Shown here piece after piece: positions 1 to 12,706 of a stretch of 64,000 bases of DNA (its first letter is position 1; every line of letters begins with the position of its first letter). Below the pieces are notes generated by a model that saw only the letters and a list, made by a program, of their open reading frames with translations, did not search any database and was not told the origin of the DNA. The stretch spans positions 62,001 to 126,000 of the forward strand of contig OZ176057.1 of assembly GCA_964247055.1 (NCBI GenBank), read 5' to 3'. Origin of the DNA: Paragordius varius (taxonomy: Eukaryota; Animalia; Nematomorpha). Position numbers and translations under genes: made by a program.

Positions 1-885
1 GGTCCCATCGACTAGTTTCCTATCCTCAGAGGTGTGGGTCACAGATGTGTTTTTCCCCCTCCTATTTAATTTATACAGAGAAACTTTATTCCGAAATTGT
101 GAACTTTGGCAACATATTGGAGTCCGCATCGATGGTCTTACTGTATGCAATCTCCGATACGCTGATGATACAGTTCTCTTGACTGAATCTCATACGGACA
201 CTATTTATCTCTTAAATAGATTACAGTCGAAGCAAGTTTTATGGGTCTGAATCTTAATCTCTCTAAATCTAATCTAATAATTCTCAACGCTCCCCAGATA
301 CAATATCACTTAATGCCTCCTCTCTCGATGTAACCGATTACTGCAAGCATTTGGGTTCAATAAGTTCAGGACATACGAGCAAGGCCTGCATTAGGGGCTA
401 CCAAAGGCACGCTGTTCAAAAATGAACTGTTCGGTTATAAGAGTTTCAACCAAATCAGCCATCCTAAAGGTTTACCCCGTCGATTTTTAAAAGTTTAAAT
501 TATAGGTATGTAAATCCGCCGACAAAGTCGGCATCAATTTTTTTCAAATGTGGTGTTCCCGGACGATTTTACCTACCTATAAAGCCCACATCTCTAATTC
601 ATATATATATATATATATATATATATACTTAACTTCCTCAAACAGAGTTTTCACCTGGTGATCTACCAATCAAATATCTAGGCTACATTCTCCGATCCGA
701 TTCCCTGAAGAAAAAACATTCTCTCTGAGTTAGTTGATGGGACTCGCAAAAGAGGCCGCTCCAGATATTATTAAATCCATTGAAAACCTTACACTCTCCC
801 AAATAATTTGAAAGTCTCAAGATCGTCTGGAATGGAAAACGCTTATTTATGAGAGAGCTAAGAGTCGCTACCGAATAACTTTTAA
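1..885 (+). mobile_element. Degenerate non-LTR retrotransposon (RTE-like LINE), 3' fragment running off the window start
   Basis: ORF 32-250 contains NLRYADDTVLL (RT YADD motif). A downstream frame gives the C-terminal LINE motif GTRKRGRS (~740-760). Frameshifted, with an (AT)n tract at ~601-627. A paralogous copy lies at ~51340-52505. Confidence 0.8.
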
Positions 886-1734
886 ACAAACATAAAAAAA
901 CAACAAATTTACGATATGACTAGACCGTCTTAACGATTGAGTCTAGGATTTGACTTCATATAGACTCACGTATCCGGCGCTTTGAACTATATTAGTGATT
1001 ACTTTGCGAGTTAGGGATGCCACTTTTGCTACTCAAAATTTATCCTATATTTAACCTATTATTTTTTAAATCCATTTATTGGTTATCCTAAAGGGTAATT
1101 AATATAAATGTTAAAATCTTTTACCGTCATTTCTTTATTGTTATTTTTACTCAGAATACTGACTTCTTGGAACTTGTAGGTTTTTTAAGAATTTATCTTA
1201 TGACATATTTACGTAGGATTTTATGTATTATACATATTAATTTAGTAGCTTTTTTAATGTAAAAATTGTATTCCAATAAATGTGCTAGAATGTTTTTTGA
1301 TTCAGGCTAGCAAAAAAATTAAATAACCTCCTATAGCCCATTTGATATCACTATACTATGAATTTCAGCTTTAAAATCAGGATATAAATATATATTTTTT
1401 TGGTGCTCACTGGGTATATGATTATAAGTGTTTGCTAAAAACTTTTTCTCGACATATTATTTCAAATTAAGATTAACATTCATATTATAGCCTAAGGTTA
1501 TTTAAAATTAAAATGGATAAATTTAATCTATGTAATAGATTTCATGGAAAATACAACGTAAAAAATTAAAATTATTATAAAATTTTGTGATAATGCCAAA
1601 TTAACAGTTTTTGGACAAAGGATATTTGAAAGATTTCCAAGATAAAAATAATTACACTTTTGAATCTTTTTATCGAGTGTGTAAATATAAAAAATATTTT
1701 GTCACATATTATGTACATTAAATATTATAAAAAA

Positions 1735-4700
1735 ATGGTTTGTAATAATCTGCCCATATTCGCAGTATTGTTTGGACTCCAGGGTATATCTATATTTTTA
1801 TATGTGTGATGATAATTTTTTCATGACAACTTTCAATATAATAAATCTTTAATTTGTAAATAATGCTTAAATAAAACTCAAATGTTACTCATAAAAATTT
1901 GATGTCTTATCGATTTGTTAGTTTTGTCTGTTGTTTTGTTTTGTGAAAATGTCTCAAACTCGGAAATCTATTGGAGATCCAGCTTAATAAGCCAACAGCA
2001 TCCTTGTAATCGGCCTTGCCATGCATTTACGAAGCCTTTGGAATGCACGTACAATTTTGTGGTCACTGTTAAGCACACAAATTATAGGTGTGACAAATGT
2101 CAACTTAATACCACCAGCTATTTGTAAGCTTTTGTAATATAAAAAGTAGCATTACACCAATTTTACTTTAAATAATAGAATCAAAAAAAAACTTGCATAA
2201 ATCTATTAGGAAAAGAGCTCGAATGACTTTAAATATTGTTATTTACATGTTAAATTACAAACGATTTTAACGTTTTTAAAGAGGGCCTTATAAGTGCAAG
2301 GCAATGCGCACATATTCCATGCACTTCTGATTGGGATTTTAACCTTTAAAATAACCGGACGGTTTATAGACACAGATTTTGACGGTCAGAGTCCTTGAAA
2401 TACAGGCTTAGTTCTTTCGTTAAAAAAAACTAAGCAAACACCAATCATATTGTATTAATATTTTCATAATATTAACGTCATGAATAATTTGATATTAATA
2501 TATATATATAATCCAATTATTTTAAAATTTAGTTTTAAATTTGGATAAAAACATATGTTGGGTTCTTAAAACTGATTATTTACAAAAGCAGTCAAAGTCA
2601 CGGTCATAATAATGCGTTTAGACCCAACCTAATTAGTAACTATATGACAAATCCGAAAATATAAGCCTATCTGATTGCCATGGTCAAGAATGTGTGCTAG
2701 GAGATGGCTACCAGCGAGTTATGTATCTTGTGAATAATCGATTCCCTGGACCTGATATAACGGTTTATTCTGCGTCTACTCCTCTAATTAACCATTAATT
2801 ATCGTGAAAGACTTTTACTATACATGTTTTAGGTTTGCGAAGGCGATAAAATCGTAGTTTATGTTAACAATTCCATTTTGAATGAAGAAGCTATCACGAT
2901 TCATTGGCATGGAATGCATCAAATTGGAACACCTCACATGGATGGAACACCAATGGTTACTCAATGTCCCATTTTAAAGGGTGGATATTATATTAATTAA
3001 TTTGTATGGTCTTAAAAATGCTTGATTGTTTTCTTATGTTTTTATTTGTATCTACCGTTTTAGAAATCGCTAAAAAATTTAGCTTTATATTTCAAGTCTC
3101 GAAGATTAATTAATGTGTTATTGCATTGGTTTTTATTTCAAGCAATTAATTATTTTTACAAATGTTAATTAGGAGGTATTTTCCGTTATGAATTTTCCGC
3201 AAACCCAGGAGGTACAGCCTTTTGGCATTCACATACAGCGTTTTTGAGGGCGGATGGTTTAGTTGGTCTGATTGTACGAAAACGCATTCAACAAATTCCT
3301 AAATGGTTTGAGGAAAAATTTTATATAAATTCAAAATCTTTTGACAAGTTATCTCTGATTCCAACTACAACTCCGATCCAAAATGAAATATATGATAAGG
3401 TATTTCGTTATAATGTCAAATATTATTTTTGAAATGAATAACCTAAAACATTTTTTGCCAATGCACATTTAGCGCCAATTCTCAACTTCTACTCTCCCTC
3501 AAAACAATAATACGTCTTCCAAAATCAAGTATAAAAGTTTCTATCGAAAGAGACAAAAACATCAAGTTTGCTTACGAGAGTATGCCCAACATTTATTTGC
3601 TCAGGATCAGGACAATGTTATTATCGTGCAAGAATGGAAACATGATATAAGCCTAGTGGATTACATGCTGATAGATGCAAAAGCCAAATGCCTCGTAATT
3701 AATGGACGGAAAGGAACGCCTAAATCTCCACCCGCTATAACGGTCATTAATCGCAAAAATTATTTTGGCGGCGCAAATAAACTGGACAAATCGGGTGATG
3801 ACGAAGCAAACAACAACTGTCAAGACGACATCCCATGGGTTCGAATAATTAGCAATGGGTTTCTTTCATGTCCCATACAAGCACATTTAGAGGGACACAG
3901 GTAGGTTGTTGTTTAATTTATTATAAAGAAAACTTTACGTTTGTCAAAGATTACTTGTAGTAATCGAATATTCACTATAAATTCATATAATTTTAGCTGA
4001 ATTATAATTGCAATATAATAATAACGAGATGATTTAGTTTAAAATAAAAAATTAGTATGATACAGACGCCAAATAATTAACTTACACGGTGTATCTAATA
4101 TTTATTTCATCATTCATTAATGTTTTTTGACAATTTTTGCAGTTTGGGTACGCTAATTTTTTTCTGATCAAATATAGGCTCAAATTAATTGCTTTGGATG
4201 GGATTGAGTTGAAGGATTCTCCAATATTTGATATATTAACCATATTCCCGGGTGAGCGATTAGATGTCCAACTGATTCAAACTGATTTCCCTGCCAGAGA
4301 ACAACGACCGCCAAGCGTAGAATGGGAAAGTTTTGCATTGCATTGGATTTCTCATGGCGATTGCCTTGTTAAAGGTATTCATGCAAATGCAACATCATAC
4401 ATCGTTTATCGAAACCAGGATATCACAAATAGCCTTAGTAAACAAGTAGTAGATGATGACTATGAGGATTGTAATGGAGAAATCATGACAGCAACAGCAA
4501 CAAGTCCACAAAACAATTTTGATCAACTTTTACAGAGTGTTATGGAAATGAATTTGAACCCGTCCAACATACCCAATAAGGCGTTTGATTGGCAAGTTGC
4601 GCTGAATACATCAATAGTATATATATACAATTTACAATTAAAATTCACCCACAAATTCAAATTCACCCTTGAACAATTCAAATTCACCCTTGAACAATTC

Positions 4701-6917
4701 AAATTCACCCTATTTCAGGCTAATATACCTTAATATTAAATATATCTTAATGGCATATTTCATTTTTTTTTCAGTATTATTTTATCTAAACAAAATTTTA
4801 TTTTTAAAAAATATATAAAATATAAGTAATTTTTATTTTAAAAAACAATTCGAATTGTTCGAGGGTGGAATTTTTGGAGGGTGAAATTGAATTGTTTAAG
4901 GGTGAATTGGACCTGCAAATGGCAACTTATTTTATCTATAGTAATTACTTTACATTACATCTTTTGTAGATTTTTAACCCAACACATATGGAAGATTTTA
5001 ATCAAAATGACCGATATATCCGATTAAATGACATACAGCCTCTCGAAAAAACGAAAATAATTTATGATAATATAGGGTCTCTTTCAAATTTGGCGCAAGA
5101 TACGCTTGTGGTGGACCATAAAATATTTTTGTTTGTGGATAGTCCAATCATATATGAGAGTAAGATTGTATCTTGACATATTAATATTTCTTATGAATGA
5201 TAATCATTCATTTTATAGTAATATCGCTTTTATTTTAATTAACACAGACATGCCGATTTTCAATAACATTTCATATCGGGCTCCAAGTCACCCGCTCTTG
5301 ACACAATTTTCCCAAATCGATAAAGAGCAATTCTGTAATTACGAGACTCACCCGCATTGCAAATATGAATTCTGCGCCTGTACTCACCTGTACAACATAC
5401 CGCTAGGGTCAGTTATTGAGCTCATATTAGTAGACGAAGGTAAAACCATCATTTAAAGGCATTGATTATTTTCTGTTTATGGCTACATATATAAAGGCGT
5501 ATTTGTATATCTTTTAGGGCTAAATGGTGAATATGATATCCATTCAGTGCATTTACATGGCAGCTATTTCATCGTTTTGGCTCAACAAAAAATGGGTCCC
5601 AATGTCACTATTGAAAGGGTTACTTATTTATTTTCAATCATTCAATCATAATCAAAATAAAAATAATCTTTTAATGATTCTCAATATATTTCAGGGCTGG
5701 GAGCCGGTTCTAAATGTTAAGGGCCGGTTCCGGAACAACTAAATTTTTAGAGAACCAACGGGGTTCCGGTTCCAATTGTTCAAGAATCACCCCGGTTCCG
5801 GTTAAAAACCAACGCTGTTCTAGGTTCCACTTGCTCAGGAACCGACCCGGTTCCAGTTCCACTTTTTTTGAACCGGTTTCAAGCCCTGATATATTTTGCG
5901 GATTTCACGGGGCTTGCGAGTCGCAGAATAGGCTTTAAACTAATCTAATCAATATATTTATCTATCTTAATACTCTAATTTAAAATATATTGGGTAAAAT
6001 AATACGCTCTTGGTGAGAATGAAACAAATTTTTGTTTTCATGACTGTTTAATCACAGAATACCGATAATGACGTACCATTTGAGGACGTCTAAATAGGTG
6101 TTTCATTTTAACTTTGAAATTAATAAATTTTTTTTTCCACAGATAAAGTTGTTGGATGAGAATGGGAAACTAAGGCGCAACTATAGGCATTACAGTGTGA
6201 AGGATTCAGTTTCAATCCCAGAAGGTGGCTACACTATTGTGCGCTTTAGGGCCGACAATCCAGGTTTCTTTTTTCTTTTATGCAACATTTATAACAATGT
6301 GAATTTTGCTGTATTACAAATAAACTTTGTAAAATTTGACTAAATGGTTTTAATTCAAAAAAATAATTTAAATATAAAATTGAGTGTATATCCGATTCTC
6401 TTTTTATTATTTAGCAATTCAAAACGATAGGTTTAATTAAATCAAGTATAAAAGTGTGGGTGCTTTATAAAAAATGTTTGTCATTTAGCTTTTATGTTTT
6501 GTCTTTATGATTTCTATTTTTCCTGTATCTCCTACAAAGACCTGTTTGAAAACTTGCATAATTATAAATCATTACAGGGTGGGGTTGAACACAGAAACTA
6601 ATTCAATTAATGGGTGCATTTATAAGTCCCTAAAAAATATCGTATTTTAAATATAGGCTGAGAATTCTCAGGAAATTGTTTTCAAGCTGATATCATAATA
6701 AATAACTATTATCGTAATTTTAATAGGAAAATTCGGAATTTGTTATATTTATGTTTTTGATTTAGGCTTTTGGATGTTTCACTGTCATTTGCACTTTCAT
6801 TTGTTCCAAGGAATGGCTGTCGTTTTCCAAATAGGAAATATCACTCAAATGAGACCAACGCCCTCTAACTTTCCTCAATGTGGTCCCTGGCTTTCATCTT
6901 ATCCAACTCATCTTTAA
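1735..6917 (+). CDS. Laccase-like multicopper oxidase, copy A (12 exons, ~725-730 aa, secreted)
   Basis: Hand-built exons with consistent phases: 1735-1783, 1922-2123, 2666-2762, 2833-2980, 3173-3399, 3605-3900, 4178-4580 (or 4595), 4970-5159, 5248-5439, 5518-5618, 6143-6263, 6766-6917. All four copper motifs are present: [31 protein letters not shown]. It has a hydrophobic N-terminus, a Cys-rich N-terminal region (CNRPC...C..C) as in arthropod laccases, and the C-terminal motifs [36 protein letters not shown] and NFPQCG. Exon 1 and the exon-7 donor are the least certain. Confidence 0.92.
4641..4908. repeat. Intronic 21-bp repeat block (AAATTCACCCTTGAACAATTC) with an inverted partner block
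   Basis: Direct units at 4659-4679 and 4680-4700, with partial units at 4641 and 4701. Reverse-complement units at ~4852-4873 and 4889-4908. Also present in copies B and C; C has one unit fewer. Confidence 0.85.
5692..5888. mobile_element. hAT-type MITE (197 bp) in laccase intron 10
   Basis: Imperfect 19-bp TIRs (CAGGGCTGGGAGCCGGTTC, and the reverse complement of GAACCGGTTTCAAGCCCTG). Perfect 8-bp TSD ATATATTT at 5684-5691 and 5889-5896. Internal CCGGTTC motifs. An 8-bp TSD with CAG termini is typical of hAT. Confidence 0.88.
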
Positions 6918-6962
6918 AATTCTAAAATAACCGTCATAATTTGTAAATTTTGTACAATTGTG

Positions 6963-6968
6963 AATAAA
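6963..6968 (+). promoter_or_regulatory. Probable polyadenylation signal of laccase A
   Basis: AATAAA 46 nt after the TAA stop. The same signal is at 58479-58484 in copy B. Confidence 0.55.
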
Positions 6969-7462
6969 CTTGTGATATATATATATATCTATTATATTTA
7001 TTTGATTTGTAAGTTTTGTTTGAGCACTTAAGATTTAAAAATATTTTTAAGTTAATTGGTAAATTAACGTTATAGCTTTTTTGCTTTTATTTGTGTTCCT
7101 TAGAAATTCGAAATATTATCATTTATTGGTAATGGATGGATTGATTGAGTTATCACATGTCTGATGAGACGGATATTTGTATAACATTGTATGACAAAAT
7201 ATATGGGCTCATTAATAAACATAAAATGTGCATATTTTGTGTCTCTTTCAAAATGAGATGACAATGCGACAAAATTAAAAGTAATACTTAATTAATAAAA
7301 AACCATTTAGACCACATATGTAATGTAATTAAACCTATTAAATGAAGTATAATTGTTAAATAATATGAGTGTAATTTGTAAACTTTTCTCAAAATAATTA
7401 AACAAAAATTATCCAATCATGGAGGTAATGTAGGCTTATTCATATAATGTTCTAAGGTCGAA

Positions 7463-8416
7463 AACTCCATCTATCCTAATACTGAAAAGGGTGGTTTCGG
7501 TGGCGGATGTATGTAAACTCAATATACGAATATCCACTAAGACAGTTGCATCAATCAGGTCCAAGTCGTACAAAAAATCGTCCGGCAAAATCTGTTCAAA
7601 TTGGTTCTCAGCCAAATCAACCACCATTCTTAACTCCATCTATCCTAATACTGAAAAGGGGTGGTTTCGGTGGCAAATGGATGTAAACTCAATATACGAA
7701 TATCCATTAAGACAGTTGCATCAATCAGGTCCAAGTCTTACAAAAAACCGTCCGGCAAAATCTGTTCAAATTGGTTCTCAACCAAATCAACCAACCTTCT
7801 TAACTCCATCTAACCTAATACTGAAAAGGGGTGGTTTCTGAGACGGATGGATGTAAACTCAATATACGAATATCCATTAAGACAGTTGCATCAATCAGGT
7901 CCAAGTCTTACAAAAAACCGTCCGGCAAAATCTGTTCAAATTGGTTCTCAACCAAATCAACCAACCTTCTTAACTCCATCTAACCTAATACTGAAAAGGG
8001 GTGGTTTCTGAGACGGATGGATGTAAACTCTATATACGATAATCCATTAACACAGTTACATCCAAATCAGTTGTCAACATTCCTAACTCCATCTATCCTA
8101 ATACTGAAAAGGGGTGGTTTCGGTGGCGGATGGATGCAAACTCAATATACGAATATCCATTAAGACAGTTGCATCAATCAGATCCAAGTCTTACAAAAAA
8201 CCGTCCGGCAAATTCTGTTCAAATTGGTCAACCAAATCAACCAACCTTCTTAACTCCATCTAACCTAATACTGAAAAGGGGTGGTTTCGGTGACGGATGG
8301 ATGTAAACTTAATATACGATAATCCATTAACACAGTTACATCCAAATCAGTTGTCCAACATTCCTAACTCCATCTATCCTAATACTGAAAAGCGGTGGTT
8401 TCGGTGACGGATGGAT
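7463..8416. repeat. Short array of the ~170-bp satellite (7 hairpin units, 6 intervals, two shortened to 113-114 bp)
   Basis: Same monomer as the large array (ACTCCATCTATCCTAATACTGAAAAGGGGTGGTTTCGG...). It ends in the same unique right flank (GGATCCAAATCATAAT...). Confidence 0.95.
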
Positions 8417-9017
8417 CCAAATCATAATAAGATTATCTATGTATACCAACATCAAAAACATCTAATGCTTTAAGACATTTTCCTTTTCATATAAATCCAA
8501 TACAGCTCTCTCACTGTAAATACTTATTTACAAAAAAATTTTGTTATAACTATTATTTAATTAATGTTTTATTATTTAAACCCCCAAAAATGGGGTCACT
8601 ATATCATCAAAAAATAAATAATATAATCATATATAATATATTGAGATATGGTGTGGTTATTTTTAGAATCTATTTTTCGTGTCTTGTCAAAAATCAATTA
8701 GAGGAGATAGCGATTCCGTTACCCTTAATTTTTTAAAACACTAATATTTTCTACAACCAACATCAAAGTTATTGGCAAGATTTATTTTAAAAACTAAAAC
8801 TAAAACCCTCTTGTGTTAATTACACCTCTACATATTTCTTAAAAATAAAATATAGACAAAACGGAAAAACTTAAAGCAAATTTTTTAATATAAGAATATC
8901 CATATTTGTTAAAACAGTGTTGTCCACTCTTTTCAGTATTAACCAGCTCTAAAAAATGTTAAAACATATAAAATTGAATTTCAATCAAAATTTAAGGTTT
9001 TGTAGATGATATATAAT

Positions 9018-12000
9018 TAAGGTGACCAGACGTCCCGCTTTTTCACACTTTGTCCCGCGTCCCGCTACGTTTTTAAAATGTCCCGCTTTTTCACGATTAT
9101 ATAAAAAAAATTTTTTTTTATTACAAATAAGTTTTTTTATCCGTTTAAATTTTTTATCATTAAATATCTTTAAAATCTATATAAATTTTAAATTAAAATT
9201 TTTTATTTTTAAATTAAAAATATTTATTTTTTTCGAATTTGTATCATATGATTATATACTTTCCTTTCAAATACTACTGTCATTATTATCAAAAAGCCAA
9301 ATTAATACCACAAATCTCTAGATTAGAGCACAAAAGGTTGTAAATTCAACGATGAATTAATGAAAGATTTTCCTTATATTAAAAAAACGGAGAATGAATC
9401 ATCTGTTAAATGTCTTATATGCGAGGGGGAATTCCTAGTACATAGCGGCAAGCATGATATTACAAAGCATATGGAAACACAGAAACATAAAAAATGTTTA
9501 GATATGGTGGCATCATCTTACAAAATGAGCGATTTTTTTCGAAAAACCGCTTTTGGAGAGGAAGAAAAGAATTTGGCACTAGCCGCAGGGCGTGTTATCT
9601 TTTCACGCCGTTAATCACAATCATTCCTTTAGATCTATGGACTGTACCTCAGAGGTTATTCGCACGTTATTCCATAAAAAATTTACATGTGCCCGTACAC
9701 AGGCTGAAGCCATTGTGTTCAATGTCCTTTCGCCACATGCATTTTCTGAAAAAAAAGATTTGCTAAAAATTAATTTCTTATCCCTATACTCTGATGCATC
9801 AAATCACCATCACACAAAATTATTTCCCACTTTAATAAGATATTTTGATTCAGAAACCGGAATAAAAATTAAAATTTTAGATTTAACTCTACCCGGTGAA
9901 AATTCCGAAATAATATTTACTTCAATAATGCATATTCTAGAAAAAAATAATTTAAAAGACAAAATTATCGCCATATTGCGCTGACAACACCAATACGAAC
10001 TTTGGTGGAAAAGCAAGGAGGGGAACAAAAAATATTTTTCATAAAATAACACATAATCTTAATCAAAACATTATTGGCGTCGGGTGTGCAGCGTAATACA
10101 CAACGCTATTCAAACAGCTACTGATTTGTTACCCCTAGATGTGGAAAATGTAGTTGTTAAAATATATTCCTATTTTTATATATACATGGTACGTGTTGAA
10201 ACGCTTATTCTGTGAAAATGAAGAAGTTCAATATCAAAAAATGCTTGGATATTCTAAAACTCGTTGGTTAGCTTTTATGCCAGCTATCGAAAGGATTTTA
10301 AAAATGTATGATCCTTTAAAATCTTTTTATCACAGGACAAATGTCTTACAACTTTAAAAAAGTTTTTTGAAAGTGACTCTTCAAAAATATGGTTAGAATT
10401 CTTACATAATCAAGCTTCGCTCTTTCAAAATGTTATTAAATTTATAGAAGGTGACAAAACTTCGGCAATCGAAGTAGCCAATGAAGTTAGTAACCTAAAA
10501 TTCCAATGTCAAGAACGGTTAGAAAATATTTTTATACCATTAACCATCCGCAATATAATAAATAATTTAGAAAAACAAGGCTTAATAAATCGCCAAGATA
10601 TCCTGTACCATATAAAAATGTTATATACAAACTGTAAAGATTATTTGGAAGACTGGACGACGCAATTCAATGAAATTGATCATTTTCATTGGATAACATT
10701 AAAATCAGAATTTAATTGGCGCGATGTTCAAAAATCATTTGATTATATCTGCTCCTAAAAATTCTCAAAAAGTAATCTTCAGAAAATTATCTTTTTTCTG
10801 AAGTATCATTAGTTAAAAGATATATTAATAATGAAAAACTTAAATTATGGACAAAAGAAAAATATACAGTAGAAAAGAAATGGTTGGAAATATTTCATTA
10901 TTTTGAAGCCAACTATATTACATACAATAATATTTTAAAAATTGTGGAATTCGGACTCTCTTTAGCTGGAACCAACGCTGCTACTGAGCGCGTTTTTTCC
11001 ACAGTAAATCAGGTGTGGACATCGGAAAATTAATTTAAATGTTGAAACTTTAAAGGCCGTTTTATCTGTCAAATATAATTTGACAAATTCTTGTGAAGAC
11101 TTCCACAATATTTTAAAAAATGATGACAATCTGCTAAAACGCATTCACTCAAACAAAAAAATATACCAAATAATAAAATATTTTCTTTAAAGTTTTTGTG
11201 TTAAAAAATAAACAAAATTACTTAAAATATTGTATAAGTCTTCATAATTTGTCAAATTATATTTGAACACATAAAATGGCTTTTATTCAACATTAATTTG
11301 ATTCCGTGACCTTACTTAATTTACTGTGGAAAAACGCGTTCAATAGCAGTATTTCAGGTAAAGATAATGCGAATTCTACAATTAAAATATTATTGTATGG
11401 AACATAATTTGTTTAAAAATGATTATTTTAACCATTTCTATCCTACGTATTTTTTTCTGTTGTCCATATATAAGTTTTCATTCAATATATTTATTTAATA
11501 ATGAGACTTCATAAAAAAGTGTCATTGTGCACCGTCTAGTCTTCCAAATAATCGTTTCTGTTTGTATAAAACATGTTTATATTCTGGCTATTCATTGAGC
11601 CTTGTTTTTCTGGATGCTTTATAATATTGCGATTAGGTAATGGTATAAAATTATTTTCTAACCTTTTTTGACTTGGAATTTTGACCTTTGTCCTGTGATA
11701 AAAAATAGGATTCTAGGAGATCACATTTTTATAAATATTTCAATCGCTGGCAAAGGAGCTAACCAACAGTTCTACAATATCCAAGCATTTTAAAATCTAT
11801 ATTTTCCACATCCAGGGGTAACAAATCAGTAGCTGTTTGATTAGCGTTGTGTTTTTGCCAATAATGTTTTGATTAAGAATATTCGCTAAATTGTTAAAAA
11901 TATTTTTTGTGTCGCTTCTTGCATCACCCAGCGCACTTTGTAATGATTTCGTTTTCATTATTTTTTTATAGAATATTACAATCACTTCACCCTTTGTTCG

Positions 12001-12194
12001 TGCACATGTAAATTTATTGAGTAAGGTACAAACAATTTGTAAGGTACAAATTTTTTTATATTTATAATGTATTTGTGTTAGAAATAAATAAATATTACAA
12101 TATTTTTTGTATAGAAATTTTTGGTTGTACCCCCACTGACCCCCGCCCTTTTCAGATTGTCCCGCTTTTTCCTTCAAAAAATCTGGTCACCTTA
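9018..12194 (+). mobile_element. hAT DNA transposon (Blackjack-like TIR), defective and chimeric; TSD absent
   Basis: 13-bp TIR TAAGGTGACCAGA at 9018 and its reverse complement ending at 12194. Subterminal GTCCCG motifs. Transposase fragments include a BED finger (CLICEGEF...HDITKHMETQKH), YSDASNH, KTRWL and the hATC motif GTNAATERVFS, with several frameshifts and stops. Flanks are TATATAAT and TTTATAGG, which do not match. Confidence 0.9.
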
Positions 12195-12706
12195 TTTATA
12201 GGTAGTTTATGATATATTTTACTGTTTTTTGGAATATGGAAATCAGCTTTCATTAAAAGTTTAATTACAAATAATTTGCTTTAATTTTGTCATTTTCCAC
12301 CGCAAAAGTATAAATAACTTTCTTATATCATTCATAAGGTTTAAAACCAAAAGCATCATCATACGTATGATACATTTGCTATCAGAATATATATTTTATC
12401 AGGTTATTTTTTGTAGTTTATTACAATTACAACAATTTTAAATATATTTTATAAAGAGTTTTAAAGAGTAGAGTAGCCTTATATTAAATTTATTTGTATT
12501 GGCCATAATTACTGTTACCTAACGGACAATACTACTTCATAGTCCTTATACATCTGGATATTTAATTTTTTTAAAAAAATACGACAACAAATAGAACTTT
12601 ATATTGTTCGAAAACTCTTTTTCGCTTTAAAAACTAAACTAATATAGTTTTTTAGGTTTAGCATATGATTTACTATAAAAAAATCGTCTCGCATGAGATA
12701 ATTTAA

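Noticed and set aside
601-627. (AT)n microsatellites here and at ~14041, ~48537 and ~52217
   Set aside because: Ordinary simple repeats with no further structure.
1882-1921. In-frame TGA after ATG 1882 as a selenocysteine or readthrough start of laccase
   Set aside because: An upstream exon (1735-1783), conserved in copy B with a good donor, splices in phase to the AG at 1920-1921 and supplies a signal peptide without recoding.
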